DNA of 62,209 nt, filler included, from Choristocarpus tenellus KU-1152 (Eukaryota > Protista > Phaeophyceae), in the NCBI GenBank assembly GCA_964200185.2. It is 12 parts of 12 records of this genome, joined end to end, with 100 filler letters (N's around TTAATTAATTAA, not from the genome) between each part and the next. Parts side by side here need not be neighbours in the genome. Positions count along the whole stretch, not along the records: positions 48,976 to 51,701 come from CAXNAD020025277.1; positions 51,802 to 58,694 come from CAXNAD020007132.1; positions 58,795 to 62,209 come from CAXNAD020020194.1; 9 more parts are not named here. One strand, written 5' to 3'. Below, in pieces: positions 48,976 to 62,154 of the stretch (position 1 is the first letter of the stretch; every line of letters starts with the position of its first letter). The position numbers and the translations under genes are program-made. A model generated the notes under the pieces. The model was not told where the DNA came from, did no database searches, and saw nothing but the letters and a program-made list of their open reading frames with translations.

Positions 48976-51661
48976 TTGTCTAGAGACTCTCCCCCCAGAC
49001 CACCAAGGAACCCTCCCCTGTGGGTGCTTGCTCCACCTCAACTGCATGGTTAGCCTCTGCGAAGATGCCAACCACCCTCTCACATGCCATTACCGTGGAA
49101 CACACCAACCCATTGCCACGCTTTTCAATCGCACCTACTCCACCCTAACCAGCCAAAAGACACCCACCTGGCGGGCTCATAACCCATCTGAATAATGCCA
49201 CTGCATCCCAAATCCACCTCTTTTCACCGCACAATGTCCTGGTCCAAACCTCACACCCCACTCACCCCACTCCACAGGTTGGAGCACCCGCTACCCCCAC
49301 ACCCCAACACACCTCACCCCCTCCTCCACTCCAACCCATCTCACCCCACCTCCCACCCCAGTCACCACCACCACCACATGCACGTCTGACTTGGGGGGTT
49401 CACACTCCAAGTGTAGCTTCTGCCTTTGACTAAGTCCAGACAGAGACCCTGGAGCGGGTAAATATCACCACGGTGAAGGGTCCCGGGCAGGCTCCGCACC
49501 ACCCACGCAATCGCCCTCATGCACACAGTGGATCTCCAGATACATGAGGTAACTGCCCCAAGGGTGGAGGGGGGGACACCAACTGTAGGGGTCATCAGAG
49601 CGTCCAATCTCTTCCACATGATCTCTGGCCTCTTACTGGCAAATAAATGATGGAAAGTTCTCGAGGGAGGAAAGGTTTGCCCGACTGGCTTCAGGGAACA
49701 CCCAAGAGCTAGTCACATGGCTAGTAAAACGATCCCAGAGGACCAGCAGAAGTAGGGAGGCCCTTGGAGAGGACCCCAAATCCCGCCAGGAATGCGCCGC
49801 AGCTCTGGGTCACTACCATGGAGGAATTTCCAAGGGAGCAAGCGTGCTCCTAGCACAACCCAGAGCCCCAGGGATGGAGGAGACTTTTAATGTACTGGTC
49901 CCTAAACACCCAAGTGAGAACCAAGATGAGCTTAGGCAGGCCATCACGGATGCAAAAGACAGGGTACAATGGAATGCAGGATCTGGGGAATAAAGGTACT
50001 GCCCCTCTGAAGGAGAGTACAACCCCACCTCCCTTCAAACAGTCTTCATGAGGGCTAACAGCAACTCAGCACCAGGCCCTGACGGGATGCGGCATAGCCA
50101 GATCAGATCAGTCATCACAACAGATGTTGGTCACGAAGAAGTCGCAGAGGCGTTTGCAAAATTATGGAAGCTAGCCTACACCTCCCCAGACTCTCTACCT
50201 CTAGAGTTCTGAACACTTCACACAAACTCCAGACTGTCTGCAATTGGGGAGAAGTTTTGCCCGGTTGTCTGCGAATCTTTTTTCAGAAGGGCATGTGCTT
50301 CAGCTTTCTGCACAGACTGGCGTCCCTATCTAGAGGAATTTTTCGGGGAGTACCACAATTTGTCGTCAGGGTCCTAAATGTAGTAGAACGTGCACTTCCT
50401 GGATATCCGCCTAAGGAATGAGTGCGGAGAATGAGTCATCAGTTTGGATGGATGGGTTGCTTTCAACAGCGTACGTTGCTCAGATTTCATCCAGGCCCTT
50501 CCAGAGACTCTACCAGGACTCCTACCTTATGTCTCCAACGTATATGGGGACACCTCCAAGCCCAAAACCCTGGGTAAGGGTGGGATGAAGATTCTACCAT
50601 CAAGATCTGGGGCCCAACAGGGAGACCCACCGGGCCCCCTTTTATATTGCATGGCAAAACACAAGGCCTTGCAACAGGTCCAACCAGGTTTTGGGCCCCA
50701 ATGGATATCCTCCCGAAGCTACCTGGACGGCACATCCATATCAGCTATTGAGATAGACCCTAACACTATAGCTGCTTTCGAGCAGATAAAAAATGACTTC
50801 CATGAGGTAGGCATTGGTCTCAATATGGACAAGACCTTTGCTGCACCTCCCCAGGGTCACCAACCCATGCCCTCAGAACTGGAGCTTCTCTTTGCATTGG
50901 GAATCAACCTAGCCCCGAACCCCAATGGGTTTGTCACTTTAGGGGCACCGGTGGGAACAGATGGTTTCATTCAAGCTCACATGGCTGAGGTGATCAAGAG
51001 CTCTGGGACACGAGCTTTGGCCACACACCTCAGCGAGATGGAGGACGAGCAGGTGGCCTGGCTCCTCAACTCCTGGCCCCTCTCCTCCTGGCTAGGCTAT
51101 ATAGCGAGGGTCACTCCCCCCTTCCTGGCACGCTCCACCATAGAGCAAGCAGACAACACCTCACTTTGGACACTAGAGAGGGTAATGAGGGTGGAGGATT
51201 CAACAGAGGATACAGAATTTTTTGAAGAAGGGTGCAACGATGGGTCTCTCCGCCTAGAGACCCACCAACAAGTACAGGCACAGATGCCCACAAGTGCGGG
51301 GGGTCTGGGCCTATCCTCTATGAAACACCGCCAACATGCAGCTTTCGCAGGATCACTGGTAGCTACCCTCCCCACCCTCATCGCAAGGCTGCAAGGGCCT
51401 CATGGCGAGTCCTTCTCGCAAGCTATCTGCATGAGCCCCATCATTCAGACCTTAGGAGCATCCATTCACTCCCTCCTAGCCGCAGGTGTCCTCTGGAAGG
51501 CCTTGCCGAAATCATTGGCCAAGACTGGGTAGCCTGGGGGGGAACAACACCCCCTGCACCTGCCCCAGACGTACATATTCTAGCTGCCCATGACACCAGG
51601 ATCCCAAGGAGGGCTCAACACGAGATCATACTCCTCCTGAACAAGATCCATTTTGACTCCT
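48976..51661 (+). mobile_element. RLE-type (CRE/R2-like) non-LTR retrotransposon, degenerate RT ORF with a 5' RING-like motif
   Basis: RT motifs SAPGPDG, SLDGWVAFNSV, GAQQGDPPGPLL, SYLDG(D), GLNMDKT, TLGAPVG and MPTSAGGLGL, with stops and frameshifts. Collinear with the 60088-62154 copy. Ends at a MITE-C terminus. Confidence 0.9.
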
Positions 51662-52131
51662 GGCTCAAATGATCTGGGAGGGGGTGGCGGCTGTCCATTT
51701 GNNNNNNNNNNNNNNNNNNNNNNNNNNNNNNNNNNNNNNNNNNNNTTAATTAATTAANNNNNNNNNNNNNNNNNNNNNNNNNNNNNNNNNNNNNNNNNNN
51801 NCGTCTTGCCCGGTGATTCTCTTCGCCACCCTTGCCTGAGTGAACCACGCCGCCACAGAATCACACGATTCACAAGTGTTAAAATGAATTAATGCGCAAC
51901 ACTACTTACGGATGAACCTATCCGCCACTTAGAAACAACGATTTTTGTACTGGGAAGCAAGTACGTACAAAAGAATAATAAATTGTATATTAAGAAAAGG
52001 TTTGGAGAGTGTACCTCATATTTAATGTACTCGACTAGAACGCTATAGACGTAAAGCGCCGAGCACCACAACAAGAGTGCTAGGAACACTAAAAGGCGGC
52101 ATGTAGCAGCAATTCACAGCCCTAATGTAAC

Positions 52132-52241
52132 GGCCAAAAGTATCTGGGAGGGGGGGGGGGGTCTACACCAGGGTGTCCATTNNNNNNNNNNAAGAAAGAA
52201 AAAAGGACAGTAGAGCAGGCACACAAACCCCGAAAAGAAGG

Positions 52242-52279
<38 letters not shown>

Positions 52280-52437
52280 CTACACCAGGGTGTCCATTAT
52301 TTGGGGCAAAATCAGGAAAAGTGCATAATATACATTATCCATCCGACGTATGCATGCAACCAAATCACCCAAAAATTGCGACATGAAAAATTAACCCCAA
52401 CTGGACAGTCGCCACCCCCCCCCCAGATACTTTGAGC
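52132..52437 (+). mobile_element. MITE family C (two overlapping or partial copies across a 10-N gap)
   Basis: Left end GGCCAAAAGTATCTGGGAGGn and right end CnAGATACTTTGAGC. Terminal fragments also occur at 6543, 6667, 21682, 30606, 38101, 51662, 58795 and 62155. Confidence 0.85.
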
Positions 52438-54483
52438 GAACACACTACATACATGGCACTAGCACTATTGGGGCCACCAGTGCCTAAGGAGCATTTCGTA
52501 CACGTTACGTACTGCCTTGTAGCGTCTCGTAGTGTTTCATAGCGGAGTGCAGATAATGTCAAACCCTGTTTGTTCAATTGCAACGTTTCGCAACACTTAA
52601 CTACTAGTATGCATACACATCTGGGCTCTGGCTGGTTGCTGTACTTTTTGAACCATTTATTTTTCATGTTCTATACGTTTCAGTGTTACATAAAAAATAA
52701 TTGCATTGGGGGATACCGAGCTTTCGTGTACTCCAGACCGTCTACAAATTTACTCAAAGCTCTGATCGATAGGACAAATATACTATTGTCAAGTAAGTGT
52801 ATATATTGTGTCAAAGTAGCAGTACCTGACGAGTCTCTATATAATATCGTTGTATCACCAACAGACTCTCGATCGATATGGGCATTCGTTTTTTTGACAC
52901 ATTGCCAACGCCACCACCAGGATCTACTCAGATGTGAGCCTGGGGTTCATCGTAGCTGGTCCACAGCTAGCCCCCCTGCACCCAAGAAAAGGACTAAAGA
53001 TTAGCTGTTACAGAGAGTAGAAATGGGCATGTAACACTTGAATCTCAATCAATTCATATAAAACTGTATTGAACTTCATGGCCTTTGTTTTCCAGTATAT
53101 CCTAAATCTACGATGAAGGTCATCCCTCTACCCAACGGAAGTCATAAACACAACTTGAGACACCCTCCAGGCACCATGGGTGACACCTTTCCTCCTCATA
53201 CATGAGAGGATCAACAAACGAGCACACCAAGGGCACCCTCGCCACCTGATCACTTTTCACATTAACGACAAATTCGACCTGGCATGCAACTATTTTCAAT
53301 CTGAAGATAATATCATGATGCTCACAATATGTAGCTGCAAACCTGTTTGTTTGTGATAGTCCTGACCATGTAAAAAGAGAGTCTCATCAAAGAGCACAGT
53401 GTACCCGTAAGCATTTAGAGCTCTTCTACATGTTACTGAAGACAGTCTATACTCTGACATAGTTAGGGTAAAAAGAACAGTGATGTATCATGTGAAGGGA
53501 ACAGGAAAATCTAGTATGTAGTACTCCAGTCTGTATGGCAATCAATGGTGAAAGTGTCCTCATGTTCTCAAGCTTCTCCCCCACTGCAGTGGCCATTGCT
53601 TGATCTATTATCCACAATTTGTGCATAGAGTCATCAAACAAAACGACTGGCTAGTGTCACCGTGCCTGGCATCACATAAAAAAGCAGCATCAGTGCATGC
53701 TACTCTGGGTACTCCGAAAGTACAATCCAATACCTTGTCCAGGTGTGTCTCAAATAGTAAGTTTAAGGGACTTCAGTCGGGACTTTTTGAAATGTCGTGC
53801 GGGACAGCAGCACAATGTAGCACATGCTGAGACTAGAGAGGAGGGGGAGCAGGTTGTTCAACAAATATGTTCCGATTGAGAAATGAGGGTTAAAAGCAGA
53901 GCAAAGTAGGTAACACAACATGCCTAGAACAAGCAAGGTAATAAAAAACTAGTTAACTAGTTCGCTGCCATATTGTACGGCGCATTTATCGGCATTTGTG
54001 GTCCTCTGATTAAAGCGTCGTACCAGAAAGTAACCAAAATAGGAACAACGGGAACGAGATATAATATGGAATGTATTTACAAAAACATACTGAAGTGTAA
54101 CAGTACCCCTATAACCATTAAGTAAGCACAAACTGCAAATTACTAATAGTCATCTCGATGTGTGTAATACATACATGTCATGACTAAAACGCGTGGATAG
54201 GAGACAACCTGTTGTGGTCATTACCCACTATCCGTAAAAACAAAAGAGGGCAGTCAAGCAAGGGGAGGCACCAACAACTAACTGTAACAATTGGACACAA
54301 CTACAATTATTGGAGAGGACGCCACCCTTCCCATACAAATACCATAACTCAACCTTGCTCTACCAGTAAGCACAATCCCTATCCTATACTCCATAAAAAA
54401 AAGACAAAAAAAAAAAAACTTTGCCCAAATGCACTTCGCAAACTAGTCCTAGCACTCCACACCACTTGTGGAAATGATGCAAA

Positions 54484-57400
54484 TCATCGTGTGGATAAAG
54501 CATGCATGACAGGGGAAACTGCAGAGGAAGACGTGGTAGCATGTTTGTCTTCCCTCATTGCTGCCCCTTGCTGTTTCTTCGCAGACTCCTTACCAACATA
54601 TATGGTGATGAGTTTGAGCCAGACTGGAGGGAAATTGGCAAGGAATGGTCGCAAAGCATCCCCAAGGACCTGCGAGATAGAGCAGTGGCACGAATGGGGT
54701 CAAAATTGGGTATCAAGCACACAATAGCTTTGCTTGCAGAGAGTTTTTCACTTGCATCAGCTACCGGGATGAAGCCATTTAGTAGAGTTTTGGCAAGGCT
54801 TTGCTATGATAGTCGTGTGTTACTCTCGAGCCATGAACAGGTAAAGTTCTGTGTGGACCAAAAAAAATCACGTGCACCCTAGGTTCCCCATCTTCCTCAG
54901 TTAGACGGTGAGTTAGCCAGTGCACCCTCTATACTATTAATGGTCTGTTCTCTAACAGGAACTGCGTACGGTACCACTACAGCTGCCATGCAACCACACA
55001 CACACACGGTACATACCTCAAAATGAACCACTTGAGTACACAGAAGTAGATTCGTGTACAAGACCAACAACAATAAGGCACCCAGGAATGACAAATACGA
55101 TAGCCAATACAAAAACATCGACACCTGCAACCAGTAACACACTTACCTCATACATCCCAACAATAGCTAGCACTGCACACCGGCGGGCCACCATCTCCTG
55201 GTGCAGAAATGCCGACTCAAGTGCGGACACAAGCATCCCAGCTCCAAGCCCCCCTAAGAGGATAGGGGATGACAGCATCGGTACAAGCCTTACTAGCGTC
55301 CGGAGCCCAGCACAGTGCATCACAGGCTGTTTCATCCCTCTTCTCAACTCCACCTCTCTCTCTAACCCCCTCACCCCTTCCAAGGGACCGTCTCCCGGGT
55401 TCTCAGTCCCTCTCGCACTCGGCAGCACCAATAAGGGGGTCAGGACGGCAAGGAAGCGAGCTGGGTCAAGGACAGGAATGAGGTCACCCAGCGCAGCCTC
55501 GGCCTCAAGGCAAACATCCTTGCTCCAGTCTTCACCCAGCTCTAGCAAACGACCCACAGACACCTCTGTTGCCCCCGGAAAGAGACCAGGCTGCCCAGCA
55601 ATCAGGCACCTTACACCTTGGAGATACTTGATGCGGAGGATGGTTCGCCCCGAGAGCCTTCGTGGAGGCTGCTGACCCAAAAGTCTTGACTGCTTGCACT
55701 CGTGCCGATGCCTGACAGGGTCTGCCGAGTGTGCACTGGCACCCTCTATCAATAGCATGAGGACTTGACCAAAGTACCGTGGCCAGAAAGCCGCCTGCCC
55801 TCCCACTCCCTTGCCACTCGCCAAGTCTCGAAGCAATGCAAGGGCCTCGACTTTTCTAGATGTCGGAGTCGTCGATGTCGACAAGCCGGCAATTAACTTG
55901 CGAGCAACTGCCTCTGCTCCTTCCTCCTCCTGCGGCAGTAGAAGGCCTTTCCTCCCGATGCCTTCTCCTTCTACCGTACCCTCATCGCATGCCTCCTTGA
56001 GAACCTTGTCGCCATGAGTGACAGATACAATCTCCCTCCCTGACATAATATTGTCGGATGCAACAACGGAAATGGGAGCAAAAGGTTCTCGATGCGAGCT
56101 GCTGCTCCCACGCCCCTTCCCCCCTCCTGGACCACCATCACCGTTGATTTCAACCTGGCAAGGGCTCGTCGTTCCATCCGCATGTTGATCGGAACCTTCG
56201 CTTCCCCCTCCTGTTCCAGGCGTGTTAACGTGCACACCTGCAACCACCCCTCGGTGACTATGCTCCACAAGGAGGCTACCCAGGTCTGGGACAGCAACGG
56301 CAAGGGCCCCCTTCACCAAGACCACAACATTGGACTGAAGGGGTGCAACAACTGCAACGAAGACCTTGCGATCGAGGTGGAATAGAGCAGCTAGTGCCCG
56401 AGAGGCAGCACCTGACGTCCTAACCACATCCGGCGCTCCAAAACTTCCTCCTGCGCCCAGTCCATGCCCAGAAGAGTGTGCCAGGGCTGCAGCTAGTCGC
56501 TGCACAAAGGCCCGCAGGTGCCCAGGGTTTCCAAGGAATCCAGAGGCATGGGGAATGATGGCAACCAGGAACTCAAGGAGGCCTTCGCGAGAATTCCCCG
56601 CTGGCATCTCCATCACTCGGGGGCAGAGCATCGCGCAGAGCTGAGAGGGTTCGTATGCTGCACGGGACACATCAAGGGCACGGGACGCTGCCTCCCTCAC
56701 ATTCTCTTTGGTGTCCCCCAGGCGCGGAAAAACCTGCATGATCAATATTCCACAGAAATATCGTTGTCAATTTGACAAAAAGGGGGGGAGGTTGAGGGAG
56801 GGAAGGAGGGATGATGCAAAATGGTGGCAAAAGGGAGTAGTTTCGGGCAACGATTGGGATGTGAGGGAGGTCATAAGCACATTCTTGTAGTTTCCCTTCA
56901 AGAAGCTACGTGCACAATGGGCTCTCATGTTCATTGATAGAGACACAGCAAAGTCAAGGAAGGAGAGACACACATTCCCGAGGGGCGGCCACATCTACTC
57001 ACCCGAGAAAGGACAGCAGGGAGATGGGATACAATGGGACCAGGGTAGAGCTTCATTATCGTAACAAGAAGCTGAAGAGCAGTGACAGCCACCTTGGGGT
57101 GACTGTCCCCCACACGCTCCACAAGAACATGCTCCAGATGACGCACTGTTGTCCGTGATTCGAGCACAGCACATCCCTTGCCAGCCTCCATCCCTCCAGC
57201 ACAGCGCCCTTCCCCTCCCATGTCTCCCTCGCCCACTAGCGCAGTCAAGCCCTCCAGGGCTTCCACTCGGGCAGACCAATGAGTGCTGCCAGCAAGCTCC
57301 ACGAGTGCTTCTGCCTGGAAGACCATTTGCACAGGGGACGGAAGATAGGGGGGGGGGGGGGAGGGATTGATCTGAAAATGAGCAATAATGAACCCTTGCC

Positions 57401-58580
57401 ATGATATTCAATAGCTTGAAGCGCAACCAAATGGATGGTCAATGCACATATGCAGTCCCTCCAGAATACCCCACAACTCCCTGAAATGGGGAGTGGGGCA
57501 GGGCACCACAGAAAGTACTCGTCTAATTCACTTAGATTTTTCAACAGTGGGATAAACTCTCGATAGGAAGGGGGAGGTGAAGGAAGAGCACTGATGAAAC
57601 AAGGTATTTAGATGGTATGCAACCACCGAACTGATAACAGGTTTCAAACATTACCTACAACACATCTCAATGTTTGCAGGTTCAATGGGGATCCTTTATC
57701 CTATTTCACCCTGTACCCCTTTAGCAAGCAGCACCTTTCGCAGCAGCTCCCGACGATCAAAGGGAATGGAAGATGCTTGCGCTGCTCCTCGACCTGCCTC
57801 TGCCTCCACCCTTACCACACCCCCACCTGTGCCACCAACACCACTGCCACCCCCACTGACAGAGTCCCTTTCTGCCATACCAGGCTCCTCTAGGACACCC
57901 CTGTGCCTGCTCACACGAACAGCCCCAGCCATGTGGTGCTGTGCCTCACCCCCACCCCCAACGTCCTCTACCTCCACCTCAGTCGCCAGGTCAGAACCTA
58001 CAGCCACTCCTCGCCGCACTCTCTGAGGTCCCTCTGCTCCCACTGACACCCCCGAGCCCGCTCCTGCCACTCCTGCCCCAGCCCCAGCACATGTGTTATC
58101 CACAGCCCCAACAGTGCTCCCCAGCATTACTCTCACAGGCTTTGACAAAGCGGGCGAGGGTGTGGAGTTACACATTCGGTCTTCGACACTCCCATGGGCC
58201 ACACGAGGTCTCACTCGCGCCGCATTCCACAGTCCGGCTCCAGAGCTGCCACTGTCTGCTGCCTGCCCATGCCTTTCATGCAACACTTGAGCACGAAGAG
58301 GTGCCCCCGCCACTGCAGGGGCTGACGGGCGGGAACTCTTGAGAGCTTGTGAAGCTCTCTCCGGCTTGGCCCGGACCGGTCCCTCTCGCCCTGCCCCAGC
58401 CCCTACCCCTGGCACGGACACTCCCCCAGTCCCTTGGGGATACTGGCGGGAGGAGCTGGCTGTGGAGACTGCGGAGCGGTGCTTGCCATTTAGAGCCTGT
58501 GGTAGGGCAAAGCCAGAGTTCGGGTTTGAGGAGGGCTTCTCCACCTCCTTAACAGCATTGCTGCCGCTTGGCGCCAACGC
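54484..58580 (-). CDS. CLASP/TOG (HEAT-repeat) microtubule-associated protein, 5' partial
   Basis: Exons ~58580-57720 (low complexity; borders uncertain), 57314-57003 (STHWSARVEAL..RVGDSHPKVA), 56733-55147 (RLGDTKENVR..FWPRYFGQVLMLL..RRCAVLAIVGMY) and the terminal 54669-54484 (VLGDALRPFL..LKLITIYV), which matches the CLASP C-terminal domain. Confidence 0.82.
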
Positions 58581-60087
58581 TCCCTTGAGTAGTTGTCATG
58601 GTTTGGGACATCAGATCAGCAGTGGGGTGGTATAACGGGTGTCTAGTGTGGTTGGTACTTGTGCAATAAGGGATGCTGATAGGGGCATGGAAGGNNNNNN
58701 NNNNNNNNNNNNNNNNNNNNNNNNNNNNNNNNNNNNNNTTAATTAATTAANNNNNNNNNNNNNNNNNNNNNNNNNNNNNNNNNNNNNNNNNNNNCCCTCC
58801 CAGATACTTTGAGCCATTTCAAATCCGACACGTGCGACCAAATCACACCAAAAAAGTGATCGAAAAAAGGGTGAAAAACCAACGCCGACACCCCCCCCCC
58901 CAGATACTTCTCCTCCCAGTCTGTTGTTGTGGTGACTGGTGCATCAAAACATGTGTGATGAAGATTCCTCTACACGACAAACAGTCAGTAAAGCATTGTG
59001 TTCCAATTCTGAAAAAACAACTCGATGCTATTAAAATTCATGCCAATATGTGTATGGTAAAGATGCTCTATCTATTTTGAGTTTTCCTCACAAAAATATA
59101 TTGTCTAGTGTCCTTGGTCCTAATACTACATGCTGCAATGAATTTATTTATGGTTCATTGACAGAGTTCTACCCACTTCGAGAATTTCATCTCCCCTCAG
59201 ATGAACCTGTTGCCATAATGCTGTTTACCGATAATCATTGGGGTCCTGCTATTTAGTACTCCTCCTGTGACTCACTTCCAACGACCATAATGAACTACTG
59301 ACAACTTTCTATGACCAGGATGGGGGTACTGTAATGATGAGATTGAGTGAATGTGTACCAGTGGGTGGGTGTGTGCCAAAGAGAAAGAAGGGGAGGAGGG
59401 GAAGGTCTACTAGTTTGTAGCCACTGTGCTCCAGGAGGCCCAGGAGGAAAGGAACAATGGGGGTTGTAACCCTGGGTAAACCTATGGAGACTATCCTGTG
59501 TGCAAAAGAAATGGATAACATCTGCTACCAAACAAACACCCATGGAGTTCAAGTAGGGGGAGGGTACAGGGTGGTCTATCTCTGAGGAAAATTGCAAGAT
59601 CTTATCAACTACCAGACACGATGCTCCACCTGCATCACCAGGAGAAATGGCACAGGTAGGTGTGTTCCTCTGTAGAGTTGTTGGGCTTCGCGAGGTGGAG
59701 GTCATGGTTGGCTCTGGCTGGCTGTGCAATATTTGACGGTTGACCTAGAGCATAAATTGCACAACTGGCTAACGGAGGATTCAATATTGTGAAGGAGGCA
59801 CCACAGATCAAGCCCCTTCCAGACATAGTATCAAAACAGATAAACTACACCCTGAGTCAGCCATCCCTTATATTGTTTAGCAAATAATGGGTGGAGTGCG
59901 ATACACGGAAGGGAACTGGGGAGATGGTGTGTGTATCTGACGATAGTTTCAGATATCCACCACTTGTATGTATAGTGATACATACTATATTATGTTAATT
60001 AACGTCCTTAGACGCCCTAAAATTTTGGAGAGGCTGTCAAGTACGAAAATGAAGAAACATAGGGAAAGAGAGAAAAAAAAAGCAGGA

Positions 60088-62154
60088 GCTCCAAGCATTG
60101 CTTCTGCCCTTGACCGAGTCCAGATGGAGATCCTGGAGCGGGTAAACATCAACAAAGTTAAGAAGGCCCTGCTCAGGTTCCGCGCCGCCCATCGAATCAC
60201 TCTTACGCATGCAGTGGATCTCCTGATGCATGAAGTCACTGCTCCAAGGCTAGAAGCGGGGACTCCGACAGTAGGAGTTATCAGAGAGTCCAAGCTCCTC
60301 CTCCTGGTCTCTGGCCTCTTACTGGTCAACGATGGAAAGTTCTCGGGAGAGGAGATGTTTCCCCGTGTAGCATCAGGGAGCATCCAGGAGTTGGTAGCAT
60401 GGCTACTAAAACGAGCCCAGAGGACCAGCAGACGTCGGGAACCCCCTGGAGATGATCCCAAATCCCTCCAGGAACGAGCTGCAGTTCTGGGACACCACCA
60501 TGGAGGCATCTCCACGGGGGCGAGTGTTCTCCTATCACAATCCAGAGCCCCAGGGACGGAGGAGACTTTCAGGGTGCTGGTCCCCAAGCACCTGAATGAG
60601 AACCCATACGAGCTTGGGCAAGCCATAATGGATTCAAATGATAGGGTACAAAGGGATACAAGGTCTGGGGAACAACGGTACTGCCCCCCTGAGGGGGAGT
60701 TCACCCCCACCTCCCTGCGGACTGCCTTCATGAGGGCGAACACCAACTCTGCACCAGGCCTCGATGGAATGCGCCTGAGCGATATTAGATCAGTCATCAC
60801 GATAGATGTTGGCCATGAAGTGGCGGAGGCGTTTGCAAAGCTCTGGGAGCTAGTCTACGCCTCCCCGGACTCTTCACCTTTGGAGTTTCGGACGCTCCAC
60901 ACAAACTCCAGACTGTCTGCAATTAGAGAGAAGTGCCGCCCAGTTACCTGTGACTCTTTTTTCAGAAGGACATGTACTTCAGTCTTCTGTGCAGACTGGC
61001 GCTCCTACTTGGAGGAATATTTCGGCGAGATGGGACAATTTGGCATAGGGGTCCCAAACAGGGTGGAGTGTGCCCTACTGGATATTCGCCTAAGGAATGA
61101 GTGTGGCAAATGGGTCATTAGCCTGGATGGAAGAAACACCTTCAACAGCATACACCACTCGGACTTCATCGAGATTCTCCCTGGGACTCTACCAGGACTC
61201 CTACCCTATGTGTCCAAGGTTTATGGGGACACCTGTAATCTTATTTTCCCCCTGGATGAGGGAGGGATGAAGGTAATGCCATTGAGGTCAGGGGCACAAC
61301 AAGGGGACCCCTTTGGCCCCCTCCTATATTGCCATGGCGATCTCCAAAGTCCTACAGCGGGTCTAGTCCACTAGGGGGACTCCTCTCGAAGTTAGCTGGA
61401 TGACACATCCATTTATGCAAGGGAGATCAACCACATCACGATAACTTCTTTCAAGCAGCTGAAAACTGATCTCTACACAAGTTAGGCATTGCCCTCAACA
61501 TGGACAAGACTTTTGCTACGCCTCCCAAGGGCCACCTACCCACACCCCAGAACTGGAACCTCTGACTACAGCGGGAATCAACTTGGCCCTGAACCCAAAT
61601 GGTTTTGATTGAAAGTATCTTAGAGGGCACGAGTTTTGCCCTGTTTGTCCGTTTGGGGCTTGACTTCCCACGAGTTTTTTTTTACTTTTTCCTACTCTGA
61701 AACATTTCGAAGTAGGTAAAATGTGTATGCTTCATGAAAAGAGGTGTGTCCGGAACAAGGATGTTTACACTTCCTAGCAAACACGATAGCCAAAATTACA
61801 CCAATATCGCAACATTGGATTTTGGCCGCCAAACGGACGCAGCTCTACCCTCTAAGATAATTTGACTCTTTGTTACATTTTGGGCTCTAGTGGGAACAGA
61901 TGGATTCATCCAAGCCCACATGGCTGAGGTGATTGAAAAATCTGGGTCACGAATGCTGGCCACGCACCTCAGTGAGATGGAAGACAAACAAGTTGCCTGG
62001 ATCCTCAACTCCTGGTCCCTCTCTTTCGGCTTAGGTTATTTGTAAGGGTTGCTTCCCCCCACCTGGCACGCTCCACCATGGAGCAAGCAGAAAATACCTC
62101 ACTGTGGACGCTGGAGCAGATAATGGAGGTAGCAAATTTGGTGGGAGCAACTGA
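60088..62154 (+). mobile_element. Second, 5'-truncated copy of the RLE-type non-LTR retrotransposon
   Basis: ORF 59968-61374 contains SAPGLDG, CRPVTC, QFGIG, SLDGRNTFNSI and GAQQGDPFGPLL, then a frameshift and LDD. Homologous to 49406-51190. Confidence 0.92.
61607..61868 (+). mobile_element. MITE family A inserted into the retroelement RT
   Basis: TSD TTT. Removing the insert restores NPNGFVT, which is uninterrupted in the other copy (about 50917-50940). Confidence 0.93.

Noticed and set aside
54212-54882. Plus-strand ORFs of 171 and 126 aa
   Set aside because: Antisense to the CLASP-like terminal exon and its flanks.
6567-58794. Regularly recurring TTAATTAATTAA palindrome as a biological repeat or CRISPR-like array
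   Set aside because: Always centred in exactly 44+44 N; an artificial six-frame-stop linker.
59985-60800. 271-aa minus-strand ORF
   Set aside because: Antisense shadow of the retroelement RT ORF.
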